From: Spirochaetia bacterium
GTDB taxonomy: Bacteria; Spirochaetota; Spirochaetia; UBA9216
Length of the DNA stretch: 64,000 bases
NCBI GenBank assembly: GCA_963675665.1
Contig: OY776510.1
Coordinates: forward strand, 4,352,001 to 4,416,000
Direction: 5' to 3'
Positions 47,931-57,776 of this stretch are shown here, piece by piece (within the stretch, counting starts at the first letter, position 1; every line of letters starts with the position of its first letter). The notes beneath the pieces were generated by a model that saw only the letters and a list, made by a program, of their open reading frames with translations, searched no databases and had not been told where the DNA came from. Position numbers and translations under genes: made by a program.

Positions 47931-49001
47931 TTATTCAAATATCGACTCGGGATCCGCTCCCTTGGGGGGAACGTTTGTTTCATCAATCCATTTATGAGGA
48001 ACATAAATTACCCGACTTTCAGGAACTACAGAAGCAACAGCCTTACCCTGCACTACAATATCATCGATAAGATCAGCTGTTCTGGTTGCCCAACCGCCAA
48101 AGTTTTGAGCTACAACACCACCAAACGGTTCACCGTTTCTAATCATATCGTACGCCTGAGAGGTTCCGTCAATTGTCATTGTAAACATATCATCTTTTGT
48201 ATAACCGGCATCGGAAGCTGCTTTTGCAACACTCCAGCCTATTCCGTCCCATGTTCCGAATACTGCGTCAATATCGTTGCCGTATTTAGTCAGCCATGCT
48301 GCCATAACATCATAGGAACCGGTCTCCCAGTTTGCAACAGTTACGGCTTCTGTATCCAGAATCTTTATTCCGGGATTATCTTCACTTTCAAATACAGCTC
48401 TGGCGGTATCTGCCCTGTATCTGTGAACATAAAGTGTAGGCATGTCAATTATACAGACATTTCCCTGTCCATGAAGCTTGTTTACTATCTGAGAGGCTAC
48501 TTCAGCTCCCATTGCCCAGCAGTTACTTGTAACATTAACAACAACAGCACCATCATCATCAATGCCGGTATCTATACAGAAAACCGGTATCCCTTCTGAT
48601 TTTGCTGCGTCAAGACCTTCCTGAATCGGTGTTATCTCTGCACAGGTAATTACGATTACATCAACTTTCTGTCCGACATAATTCATAACGCCTTCACTTA
48701 CTTTTACGATATCACCGGCAGCATCGGTCATATAAACCTTCCAGCCTTTTTCCTTTGCTTCTTTTTCAAATGCAGCGAACGCCCTCGAATTGGAATCAGC
48801 GGCTAAAGTCATTGTTACATAGCCGATATTCAGTTCTTTTGTTAATCTATCTGCGGTATTTGCGGTATCACTCGCTTCAGCCGATTTAACTTCGGGTTCT
48901 GCCGCTGCAGCCTCTTCCTTTGCACATCCGGCAAAAGCAAAAATTGCGATTGTTGCTACCAAAATCAGCAACACAAATTTACCCGTTATTTTTCTCTCCA
49001 T
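47931..49001 (-). CDS. Sugar ABC substrate-binding lipoprotein
   Basis: SD AAGGAG before the ATG at 49001; lipobox FAGC; type I binding fold. Confidence 0.88.
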   Translation of the reverse strand: MERKITGKFVLLILVATIAIFAFAGCAKEEAAAAEPEVKSAEASDTANTADRLTKELNIGYVTMTLAADSNSRAFAAFEKEAKEKGWKVYMTDAAGDIVKVSEGVMNYVGQKVDVIVITCAEITPIQEGLDAAKSEGIPVFCIDTGIDDDGAVVVNVTSNCWAMGAEVASQIVNKLHGQGNVCIIDMPTLYVHRYRADTARAVFESEDNPGIKILDTEAVTVANWETGSYDVMAAWLTKYGNDIDAVFGTWDGIGWSVAKAASDAGYTKDDMFTMTIDGTSQAYDMIRNGEPFGGVVAQNFGGWATRTADLIDDIVVQGKAVASVVPESRVIYVPHKWIDETNVPPKGADPESIFE

Positions 49002-49108
49002 TTTTTTCTCCTTCAAAAACTTTTCTTAGAAAAGACACTAATCACTAATTTTTAATACATCTTCTTCTTCCGATAACTGCCTCCTTTTATCTTTTTTACC
49101 GCCGTCGG

Positions 49109-50107
49109 CTACAATAAGGGAGGTCCGCCAATTTTCTTTTTGCCCGCCCCTGTTATACTTGCTATTGCAACGATAATGACAACACCGTGAACAATATATT
49201 TAAAATAAAATGGTACATTCAGCATTATCAGCCCGTTTTCAATAACCGCAATAAGTAATGTTGCAACAACAGTACCTGCAATATTTACACTTCCCGGCCT
49301 TAGAAAAACTGTGCCTAAAAAAACAACCGGAATAACGGACATAAGATAGCCTTCTCCGGCATCAGGAGGAGCAGAAGTTAGTTTTGAAGAAAGAATAATA
49401 GCAGCTACTGCCGAACCAAAACTACTTGCAGTAATTCCCAGCACCCTGTATAAATTTACATTTATTCCTGAAAATCTCGCAGCCTCAGCATTACCGCCTA
49501 CCGAATAGAGATACCTTCCTGCTTTTGTGTGCTCAGTGATTATAAATGTAATAACAGCAAAGACAATAAATATTAGTGCACAAATCGGAAGAGAATTAAA
49601 ACAGATATTATGCCTGCCAATAATCGTAAGAACTTCAGGAAAATCACCATAAACTGTTTTCCCTCGTGTTATCCAGTAGATTATTCCTTTCGCTATAGTC
49701 ATGGTGGACAAAGTTGCTATGAATGCATGAATACCTATCTTAACGATCAAAAAACTGTTAAAAAGTCCCCAGATAATCCCAATTGTCAGGGCTAAAACAA
49801 AAACCGGTAAAATATGCCAACCATTAATAATTAAAACCATATTTATTACATTTAATAATCCGGCAAGAGTAGCAAAAGACAAATCAAAATCTCCGACCAT
49901 TAATGCAAATGTAACGCCCAGAGCCATTACACCAATTATACTTGCCTGACGTAAAATATTTGTAATATTCTGTAATGTAAAAAATCTGTTTGCGCTTATT
50001 GCAAAGATTATTATGAGGATCACTAATCCAAACAACAAACCCCATTTCCTCAGCATCTTTGAGAAATTTATATTTTTAGTTTTGCTCAACACCTGGTCAT
50101 TTGCCAT
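49109..50107 (-). CDS. Sugar ABC transporter permease
   Basis: GDFDLS and YSVGGNAEAARFSGIN motifs. Confidence 0.92.
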   Translation of the reverse strand: MANDQVLSKTKNINFSKMLRKWGLLFGLVILIIIFAISANRFFTLQNITNILRQASIIGVMALGVTFALMVGDFDLSFATLAGLLNVINMVLIINGWHILPVFVLALTIGIIWGLFNSFLIVKIGIHAFIATLSTMTIAKGIIYWITRGKTVYGDFPEVLTIIGRHNICFNSLPICALIFIVFAVITFIITEHTKAGRYLYSVGGNAEAARFSGINVNLYRVLGITASSFGSAVAAIILSSKLTSAPPDAGEGYLMSVIPVVFLGTVFLRPGSVNIAGTVVATLLIAVIENGLIMLNVPFYFKYIVHGVVIIVAIASITGAGKKKIGGPPLL

Positions 50108-50121
50108 ACAGCCTCCTGCTT

Positions 50122-51612
50122 CTAAAGAACATTCTCCAATATATTTTTTTGATTGATATCATTTCCGATTAATTCAGAACTGACTGCATTTTCCCTCATT
50201 GTATAAATCCTGTCCGCCATACCTATGATCTCAAGGATATCTGAAGAAACCAAAAGAACAGCTTTACCCTGTCCGACTAATTCTCGCAAAATTAAATAGA
50301 CCTCTCTTTTAGTGCCTACATCAACGCCTACCGTAGGATCATCAAGAATCAACAGATCACAATTTTTTAAAAGCCATTTGGCAATTACTACTTTTTGTTG
50401 ATTGCCTCCACTTAAAGAATGTATTGCCTGATTTATATTTGAATAAACAATATTAAAATCTGTTAAACCTTTTTCAACAATATTTCTTTCTTTCAATTTG
50501 TTTATTATAAAACCGGGAAGCATATCTGAAAGATGAGAGACCATTATATTTTCCCGAAGAGAGAAATCTGAAAAAAGACCTTTTGTGTCCCGGTCTTCCG
50601 GCACGAGATAAACATTGTTTCTTATCAGATCAGCTGTCTTTATCTTTTTTATTAATTGATTATTTAGATACATTTCACCGCCGGAAATCTCTCTGATTCC
50701 AAAAATTGATTCAACCAGCTCGGTCATACCTGCACCGCTTAATCCATACAGACCGACAATCTCTCCGGCATTAACCTTCAAATTAATATCTCTGATCTCT
50801 TCCGATTGAAAGTGTTTTAATTCCAGTACACAATCACCTTTTTCCCCTTCTTTCGGAGGATAGAATTCAGAAAGATTTCTGTTAATAATCATAAAAATTA
50901 TCTTGTCTTTATCAAAATCATCTTTATCAACCGTTCCGACTTTCCTGCCGTTTCGTAAAACGACAATCCTTGTACAAAGCTCAAAAACTTCCTCCATTCT
51001 GTGTGATATGAAAATTACACTTAGGTTTTTATCACTATTTAGAGTCTTGATAATTTTCATTAGTTGTTCACTTTCATCTTTGGTCAGACTTGCAGTAGGT
51101 TCATCCAGAATCAGGACATCAGGCTCAAAAGAGAGGACTTTTAATATTTCAGTGATTTCTCTTTGTCCTGCGGACATTTCAGAAACCTTCAGGTTTAAAT
51201 CAAAATTCAGGTTAACAGGATATTTTTTTAATAATTCTTCAGCCTTTTTATTCAATAAGGCGTCATTGACAAAACATTTTACTGTGAATTCTTTCCCTAA
51301 AAAAATATTTTCCGCAGCAGTCAGTTCCGGAACAAGATTAGGACGCTGATGGACAAGACCGACACCATTAATCATTGCCTGATAAGGATTATCCCAATTT
51401 ACTTCTTTATTTCTGTATATTATATGCCCCGTATCCTTTTGATGTTCACCAACAAGAACTTTTAATAACGTTGATTTACCTGCCCCGTTTTCTCCAACGA
51501 TTCCGAGAATATCTCCTTCAATTAATTCAATAGAAATTTCGTTTAATGCATGTACGCCCTCAAAGAATTTATGTATTCCTTCACCTTTTAAAATTACATC
51601 ACCGTTTTTCAC
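50122..51612 (-). CDS. Sugar ABC transporter ATP-binding protein
   Basis: GENGAGKST, LSGGNQQKV and DDPTVGVDVG motifs. Confidence 0.94.
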   Translation of the reverse strand: MKNGDVILKGEGIHKFFEGVHALNEISIELIEGDILGIVGENGAGKSTLLKVLVGEHQKDTGHIIYRNKEVNWDNPYQAMINGVGLVHQRPNLVPELTAAENIFLGKEFTVKCFVNDALLNKKAEELLKKYPVNLNFDLNLKVSEMSAGQREITEILKVLSFEPDVLILDEPTASLTKDESEQLMKIIKTLNSDKNLSVIFISHRMEEVFELCTRIVVLRNGRKVGTVDKDDFDKDKIIFMIINRNLSEFYPPKEGEKGDCVLELKHFQSEEIRDINLKVNAGEIVGLYGLSGAGMTELVESIFGIREISGGEMYLNNQLIKKIKTADLIRNNVYLVPEDRDTKGLFSDFSLRENIMVSHLSDMLPGFIINKLKERNIVEKGLTDFNIVYSNINQAIHSLSGGNQQKVVIAKWLLKNCDLLILDDPTVGVDVGTKREVYLILRELVGQGKAVLLVSSDILEIIGMADRIYTMRENAVSSELIGNDINQKNILENVL

Positions 51613-51629
51613 ACTGCTCCTCCGTTTTA

Positions 51630-52376
51630 TTAATCCATTAATACTCCGCCGTTTACATCGAGGATTTCTCCGGTAACATAGCTTGACTCATCTGAAGAGA
51701 GAAAAAGTATTGCATTCGCCAGTTCTTCAGGCCTTGCCGGTCTTCCCATGGGAATCCCTTTAATTGCATTATCTATCTTTTCCTGAGGAAGACTTCGGAA
51801 CATATTTGTATCGCAAAAAGCCGGAATCACAGCATTGACATTAATACCCATTGGAGCCGAATATTTAGCCAGACATTTTGTAATTGAAAGAACTCCCGCT
51901 TTCGATGCCGCATAATTAATACCTGAAGTGACACCTCCCCTTTTTGCAGCCAGAGATGAAACATTGACAATTTTTCCATATCCGTTCTTTATCATCGTTT
52001 CCAGTACCGCTTTACACAGGAAGAAAGTTCCCTTCAAATTAATATCCATAACGACATCCCATTCTTCTTCAGTCATTTCAAAAATGGGAACAGTCGAGAA
52101 TCTTCCGGCATTATTAACCAGAACATCTATTCTTCCGAATTCCGTAATTATTTTTTCAGTGAAATTTTCAATTTCCTGTAAATCAGAAAGATCAAGCTTA
52201 ACCGAAAAACCTTTTTGCCCCAGATCATTAATTTTATAAACAGTTTCATTTAAACCGTTAATATCAATATCTGCAGCGATGACGGTTCCCCCATGAGAAG
52301 CCAGTTTTATTGCGGTAGCTTTTCCTATTCCGGTAGCTGCTCCTGTAACAACACAAATCTTATTCTTTAGTCGCAT
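51630..52376 (-). CDS. SDR family oxidoreductase
   Basis: TGAATGIG, NNAG and YAASK motifs. Confidence 0.93.
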   Translation of the reverse strand: MRLKNKICVVTGAATGIGKATAIKLASHGGTVIAADIDINGLNETVYKINDLGQKGFSVKLDLSDLQEIENFTEKIITEFGRIDVLVNNAGRFSTVPIFEMTEEEWDVVMDINLKGTFFLCKAVLETMIKNGYGKIVNVSSLAAKRGGVTSGINYAASKAGVLSITKCLAKYSAPMGINVNAVIPAFCDTNMFRSLPQEKIDNAIKGIPMGRPARPEELANAILFLSSDESSYVTGEILDVNGGVLMD

Positions 52377-52378
52377 AA

Positions 52379-53929
52379 TTACCCTCTTGGCGATGCATTC
52401 ATTTCGCTCCTAATAGTCAGTTCTTTTGATACATCTTTAAGTTTTTCATATGTCTTCACATACTGATCAATATAAAAACAATATTCATCAGTATTATTAA
52501 GATTCGGTTCTATTATTTTTCTTACTCTTACCATTGATTCGGCGGCTTCATTTATTGTTTTGTAAATGCCGGCAGCTTTAGTCGCAAGAATAGCACTTCC
52601 AAGAGAAACAGCCTGACTTTCTTCCGGAACCGATATCGGTTTTCCGGTTACATCAGAATGAATTTGAAGCCAAAGATCACTGTTTGCAACTCCTCCGCAT
52701 ACAACCAGTTCATTTACGGATATACCCTGCTTTTCCATCCTCGACAGAATTACCGCAGTACCGTATGTTACGCCTTCCATAATTGCCCTGTAGATGTGCG
52801 CCGGCGTATGACTCAAAGTCAACCCCCGGATAACACCTCTTGATTGCGGGTCAACCCATGGCGTTCTGTTTCCCTGCCAGTGTTCAAGAACCAGAAGGCC
52901 TTCCGATCCAAGCGGAATTTTCTCCGCCAGTTCATTCATTTCAGAATAGGTTCCACTGCCGGTTTCCACAGTTTTTTTGGAATTAAGAAAATTATCCTTA
53001 TACCATTTCAGAACTGACCCTGTAGAAACCTGCCCTGCTTCAGCAACCTGAAATCCTTCCAGCACAGCATCGGGAAAAGTTCCGTTTATTCCCGGTGCAT
53101 GAAATTCCTTGTCGACAAGGCTGATAAGTAAATGTGAAGATCCGGTAATTAAAGCCATCTTTCCAGGAATCAAAGCATTAACACCAACAACTCCGATATA
53201 TGCATCCGCTCCTCCTGCAGCAACCGGAATCCCTTTTTTTAGACCAGTTTTTTCAGCAATCTTTCCAGTTAATACACCCGCGGTATCGCCAGGACGCACA
53301 ATCCTTTTAGGTATTTTATCCAGAAAATCTGCAAGCCCCAGTTTGCCGTACAGATCTTCAGGAAATCCGTCGCCCTTTGAATTATAAAACCATCTGACTG
53401 TGATTGAATTCAGGTTAAGTGTCAGTTCCCCTGTGAGCATATAAGTAAGCCAGTCGGTTTGATCAAGAAAATATTTTGTTTTATTATATACCTCGGGCCT
53501 GTTCCTCTTTAGCCAGAGAACCTTGCATGGAAACCACTCCGGCGAAACCTTCCCATATCCGACAACCTTAAGCGACGCATCATCAACATTCGAGATTTCT
53601 TCGGCTTCATGAACTGCCCGCAAATCCATCCACATAATTGCATTTTCAACAGGATTTAAATCTTCACCCAGCATGACAACAGTTGGCGATGTTGCATCAA
53701 CACCAATTGCGGAAATATCAGCAGGATTCACACAGCTGCTTGAAATTGAAGCTCTAACAGCTTCTACCAGAGAGTTCTCCCATTGATGAACAGATTGCTC
53801 CGCCCAGCCGGAACGCGGGTATTGTGTTTTATTCTCGCTGACGCCGAACCCGAGGGTACAACCATTTTCATCAAAAACGGCAGACCTGATGCTTTCAGTT
53901 CCGATATCAATGCCTATCACATAACTCAT
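52379..53929 (-). CDS. FGGY family carbohydrate kinase (ribulokinase-like)
   Basis: GIDIGTES, MWMDLRA, GGADA, WQGNRTP and CGG motifs. Confidence 0.92.
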   Translation of the reverse strand: MSYVIGIDIGTESIRSAVFDENGCTLGFGVSENKTQYPRSGWAEQSVHQWENSLVEAVRASISSSCVNPADISAIGVDATSPTVVMLGEDLNPVENAIMWMDLRAVHEAEEISNVDDASLKVVGYGKVSPEWFPCKVLWLKRNRPEVYNKTKYFLDQTDWLTYMLTGELTLNLNSITVRWFYNSKGDGFPEDLYGKLGLADFLDKIPKRIVRPGDTAGVLTGKIAEKTGLKKGIPVAAGGADAYIGVVGVNALIPGKMALITGSSHLLISLVDKEFHAPGINGTFPDAVLEGFQVAEAGQVSTGSVLKWYKDNFLNSKKTVETGSGTYSEMNELAEKIPLGSEGLLVLEHWQGNRTPWVDPQSRGVIRGLTLSHTPAHIYRAIMEGVTYGTAVILSRMEKQGISVNELVVCGGVANSDLWLQIHSDVTGKPISVPEESQAVSLGSAILATKAAGIYKTINEAAESMVRVRKIIEPNLNNTDEYCFYIDQYVKTYEKLKDVSKELTIRSEMNASPRG

Positions 53930-53939
53930 AATATTCCCA

Positions 53940-54932
53940 TCATAAATTTTTGATTAAACTCAGAATTCTCATGGCTGCATCTTCATCAGTCACGAGCGAG
54001 TTTATAAATCCGCCCCGCAAAGCGCCCAGGATTACTTCCGCTTTATGAGCTCCGCCGGCGACACATAATCTTTTTGGAATTTTCTTTATGGTCCCTGCGT
54101 CTATTCCTATAAATCTGTTATTGATTTCCGCATCAAAAATATTTCCGTTGATATCTATCTGTTTTCCGCATACATCGCCGACAGCTCCGTTAAACAATAA
54201 TTCCTTTGACTCTTTTTCAGTTAAATAACCGGCCTTGTGATAAGCACTGCTTTCAAAATGGTTAGTTCCAAGGCCAAGCAAAGCAATATCAATGTGTTCA
54301 GCTTTCTGTAAAACCTTTGAAATACCCGGCTCCTTCAGCAACATATCTCTTAGTTGTGCATTCTTGACAATAAGCGGAGCCTGCAAAACAGTTAACTCCG
54401 CATTCATCTTGTCAGCAATTGTGCGTGCCAGTTCATAGCCGTCTGTATTTAAGTTAAGATCTCCAGAACCGCCTACAATCTGCACAACTTCCAGACCTAC
54501 ATGATTATTGGATGAAAACTGGGTTACCGTATGAGAAAGAGTGCTCCCGCGTGCAATTCCTATAACCGAATTGTCCTTGATCATGGAATTAAGAAGGTTG
54601 GCAGCAACCTTACCAATCTGTATTTTTGTCAGCTCCTCATTCATTTCAGACGGAACGACAATTACATTTTCCACATTGAATTTAGTCTTTATCTCTTCCT
54701 GAAACATAATGCCGAGTGAAGAGGTATCATTAATTCTGATTTCAACAATCTTTAAATCACGACAGGCTTTTAAAATTTTTGAGATGTTGGAACGTGATAA
54801 TCCTACTTTTTCCGAAATCTCCTGTTGAGAAAGTTCATCTATAAAATACATCTTGGCAACTTTTATATAAAAGTCACGCTTTGTATAATCCAGATCTCCA
54901 ATATTCACATTTTCCCCTTTTGATAAACTCAT
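53940..54932 (-). CDS. SorC/LsrR/DeoR-type sugar-binding transcriptional regulator
   Basis: VAKMYF..LSQQEISEKVGLSRSNISK HTH; GAVGDVCG; LVTDE. Confidence 0.92.
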   Translation of the reverse strand: MSLSKGENVNIGDLDYTKRDFYIKVAKMYFIDELSQQEISEKVGLSRSNISKILKACRDLKIVEIRINDTSSLGIMFQEEIKTKFNVENVIVVPSEMNEELTKIQIGKVAANLLNSMIKDNSVIGIARGSTLSHTVTQFSSNNHVGLEVVQIVGGSGDLNLNTDGYELARTIADKMNAELTVLQAPLIVKNAQLRDMLLKEPGISKVLQKAEHIDIALLGLGTNHFESSAYHKAGYLTEKESKELLFNGAVGDVCGKQIDINGNIFDAEINNRFIGIDAGTIKKIPKRLCVAGGAHKAEVILGALRGGFINSLVTDEDAAMRILSLIKNL

Positions 54933-54956
54933 GGTAACATAACCTCCTTAATATGT

Positions 54957-54994
54957 CAAATGTTCCTTTTGTATTTTTTTTGGAACATTTGTTC
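54957..54994. promoter_or_regulatory. Candidate SorC-type operator
   Basis: CAAATGTTCC-N15-GGAACATTTG inverted repeat, plus the palindrome GAACA-TT-TGTTC (54983-54994). Confidence 0.6.
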
Positions 54995-55178
54995 TTTAAA
55001 CACACTTTTTATTGTTTCAAGCATACATACCTCACCTATGTATTATAACGAGTATTTGTGATCAGTTTGGAATTAAATTGATTTATTTAAAAAAAGATCT
55101 TTATTCCTGTTTTAATCAGAAGGAGTTGCTATGAATCTGTATAAACCTAACTTAATCTTGTAAATTTAAATCACAGGT

Positions 55179-57656
55179 TCAACCCTGCACAAGCTTATCC
55201 TCTGAGATCCCAAGTAAAGAAGATGTGAGCCACAACCTTCCAAAGGGCTCAAGAACAATTTTAACAGTGCCGTCTTCTTCCGGAACATTTTTTCCGCTGA
55301 AATTATCAAATGTCATCCCTTCACAATTAAAAGATACTGAAACATTATCTTCGGAAAGGTTTACAGCTGTCAGGCTTTGAGCTTCTCCGCAGTGGTTCTT
55401 AATCAACACAACCGGAGGGTCGCCGACATCGTCGGTCGTGCCGGATAATTTAATCAGCTCGGCTTCATTGCCGCGATAATTAAGTGCCGGATCCGAATCA
55501 ACAAGTGCTATAAGGTTATTAATTCCTTTTGCAATTCCTGCTTCAAAACTGTTTTTATATTTTAGATTCGGAAGAAGCTCATCAAGATCCGTTTTTGTGC
55601 GTTTTATATTCCGCAACTCTCCCGTAACCTTTACCCTTTTATGATCGTTAGGTAATGCAAGCAAATCGTTAAAATAGATAGTTTTTACATTTCTGCCCAT
55701 TGCAGCAAACGACAGGGTCTCAAAAGCCAGGAACCGGGCTATCTCCAGTTCCTTGTTATCCATAACCGGAAGTGAATCACGGGTTGTAATACATAACTCA
55801 TACGGCTCACGTCCTTCAAGAAGCCTTGTAAAGAAAAAATCCGCGGCATCTGTAACTGTACCGGCAAATTCTTCAGAGAGGTTTAAAATATCATTAATTG
55901 ATTTTATTTCATTTTTAAGAAGAAGCGAAGCACCATTTCCTTTTGCAGGCTTAAACAGCTTTTTCGCCGCAGATCGGAAATCAGTTCCGGTCTCATGACA
56001 GAAACGTTCAAACTCCTCCTGCATACATTCCCTTGCAGTAATCGATTTGTACTTTACGTGTCCCCCGTTATCCGTAACAGCCTTGGTTAATACCATACGC
56101 TCTTCAAAAGTGAGAAGATCCAGACTGCCGCGTACTGACTTTCCGTCATGACTTTCAGACAGAGAGAACCTGATGCTGTTATGCGGAATATCATATTCTG
56201 CAATTTTCTTGAATATCCGGCCGATTATTTCAGGCTTTTTTGAATGAAATACCGCAGGTAAAAGACTTGCAAGATGAAAATCATGCATCATCGGAGGTGC
56301 ATTCTCACCTGTCGACATCTGGTTAAGAATAGTCGTCAGGCTGTCGTTTACCTCGAGGTTCGGTATAATCCGGGGACTGATGCATTCCATGGAAAGGTAG
56401 ATGATCTTCATGAGCAAGTCCAGCTCAGGCAGCCCGAAACATGAAGTACCCCATTTTTTAAACGCGTAATTGACCGCATCAAGCCTGAGCATATTCAGAT
56501 CTTTTGTGAGATACCATACAAGGTCTCCGGCAAGGGCCTTCAATCCCTCAAATGTTGCCGTATTAACATCAACCTGAACATGGCTGAAGGTTGTCAAGGC
56601 CCTGATTTCTTCTCCGAAAAGCCGGGCATTTGTTTCACGGAATAACGAACCGGCTGCTTCAGCCTGTTTTTTATTGAAACCGCAGCGAATAAACAGGTCT
56701 TCTTCTGTTTTAATTTCAGGAATGAAAATGTATGGAGTATGCTGGACTTCCTGTGTTCTTGAAAGAGTAAAGATGCTTTCGGCACTAACGTTCCGAAGTT
56801 TCAACCATTCAATAAATTCCGGTATATATTGATATTCCTCTTCCAGGAGCATCTGATCATTTTGGATTCGGTTGAACAGCCACAAAATATTGATTAAGGG
56901 TCTTTCCGTTTGTACTCCCCTCATCTTCCTGATTAGTTTTATCATAACATCCGTACGACCGTTATGGGAAAGGCTTCTGTACGGGACCTCTTTTGGAAGC
57001 CTTCTAAAGATTGAAAACAGGGGAAACGGTCGGGGTCTGAAAACCTTATCAAAACTGCCTGCAGCCTTCAGACTTTCGTATTCTTCCATTGAAAAAATAT
57101 AGAATTTTCGTCCGGCTTCATCATGACCTTCAAGATACGACTGGAAAACAGGATTTTCAATATCAACATGCCCCAGAACAAGATCATTCATGGAAAAATA
57201 TCTATGCATTATATCGGCAAACAGGCTGTTTGAGCCAAATGCACTATGTATATTATCCCGCTCAACCTGAGAGAAATAACCATCGTTAAATCGATCTTCA
57301 ACAATCGTACATGCCGGTAGAATATGAAGACCTCCGACTGCAGGAAACCATTGTTTTAAAAAATAATCGAGCGTTTCAAGGCTTTTTTCACCCTTTCTGC
57401 TGATACTGTCTGCATATGCAATTACAGTAACTTTCTGTTCAACCCTTGATAGCGGATCGGATGGATCATATGCAAGATCCATTTTCTTAATTTCTTCGGA
57501 TTTTTCATTCCAGCTTTTTTTAAGTAAGTCGATCCAGAAAACACTTATTCTACTGCCAAGTTCACCATACTCATTATCAGGATAGGCGCTGTGAAACAGC
57601 CGTTCTATCTCGGAAAGTTTGCCCGCGTCAAGCGGGTTCCATTTTTTGGTAATCAT
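55179..57656 (-). CDS. GH13 subfamily-18-like glycoside phosphorylase with large insertions
   Basis: IAYADSI, LHILP, TTFS..QVDVN, LRLDAV (nucleophile), GTSCFGLPE, LEV (acid/base), SHDG and PYEL motifs. Confidence 0.75.
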   Translation of the reverse strand: MITKKWNPLDAGKLSEIERLFHSAYPDNEYGELGSRISVFWIDLLKKSWNEKSEEIKKMDLAYDPSDPLSRVEQKVTVIAYADSISRKGEKSLETLDYFLKQWFPAVGGLHILPACTIVEDRFNDGYFSQVERDNIHSAFGSNSLFADIMHRYFSMNDLVLGHVDIENPVFQSYLEGHDEAGRKFYIFSMEEYESLKAAGSFDKVFRPRPFPLFSIFRRLPKEVPYRSLSHNGRTDVMIKLIRKMRGVQTERPLINILWLFNRIQNDQMLLEEEYQYIPEFIEWLKLRNVSAESIFTLSRTQEVQHTPYIFIPEIKTEEDLFIRCGFNKKQAEAAGSLFRETNARLFGEEIRALTTFSHVQVDVNTATFEGLKALAGDLVWYLTKDLNMLRLDAVNYAFKKWGTSCFGLPELDLLMKIIYLSMECISPRIIPNLEVNDSLTTILNQMSTGENAPPMMHDFHLASLLPAVFHSKKPEIIGRIFKKIAEYDIPHNSIRFSLSESHDGKSVRGSLDLLTFEERMVLTKAVTDNGGHVKYKSITARECMQEEFERFCHETGTDFRSAAKKLFKPAKGNGASLLLKNEIKSINDILNLSEEFAGTVTDAADFFFTRLLEGREPYELCITTRDSLPVMDNKELEIARFLAFETLSFAAMGRNVKTIYFNDLLALPNDHKRVKVTGELRNIKRTKTDLDELLPNLKYKNSFEAGIAKGINNLIALVDSDPALNYRGNEAELIKLSGTTDDVGDPPVVLIKNHCGEAQSLTAVNLSEDNVSVSFNCEGMTFDNFSGKNVPEEDGTVKIVLEPFGRLWLTSSLLGISEDKLVQG

Positions 57657-57776
57657 AATTAATATTGTAAGAAGTCAACTGTCAGGTGTCAAATAATAAA
57701 TTAAAAAACCGGAGAGACATGTATTATAAGAAATAACAAAAACAGTTCCTGTTAAAGATTAATTTCCTTATATAAA

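Noticed and set aside
47054-54932. Calling this an lsr (AI-2) operon
   Set aside because: There is one permease only, no lsrG, and extra SDR/MDR/MurQ genes; similarity is at family level.
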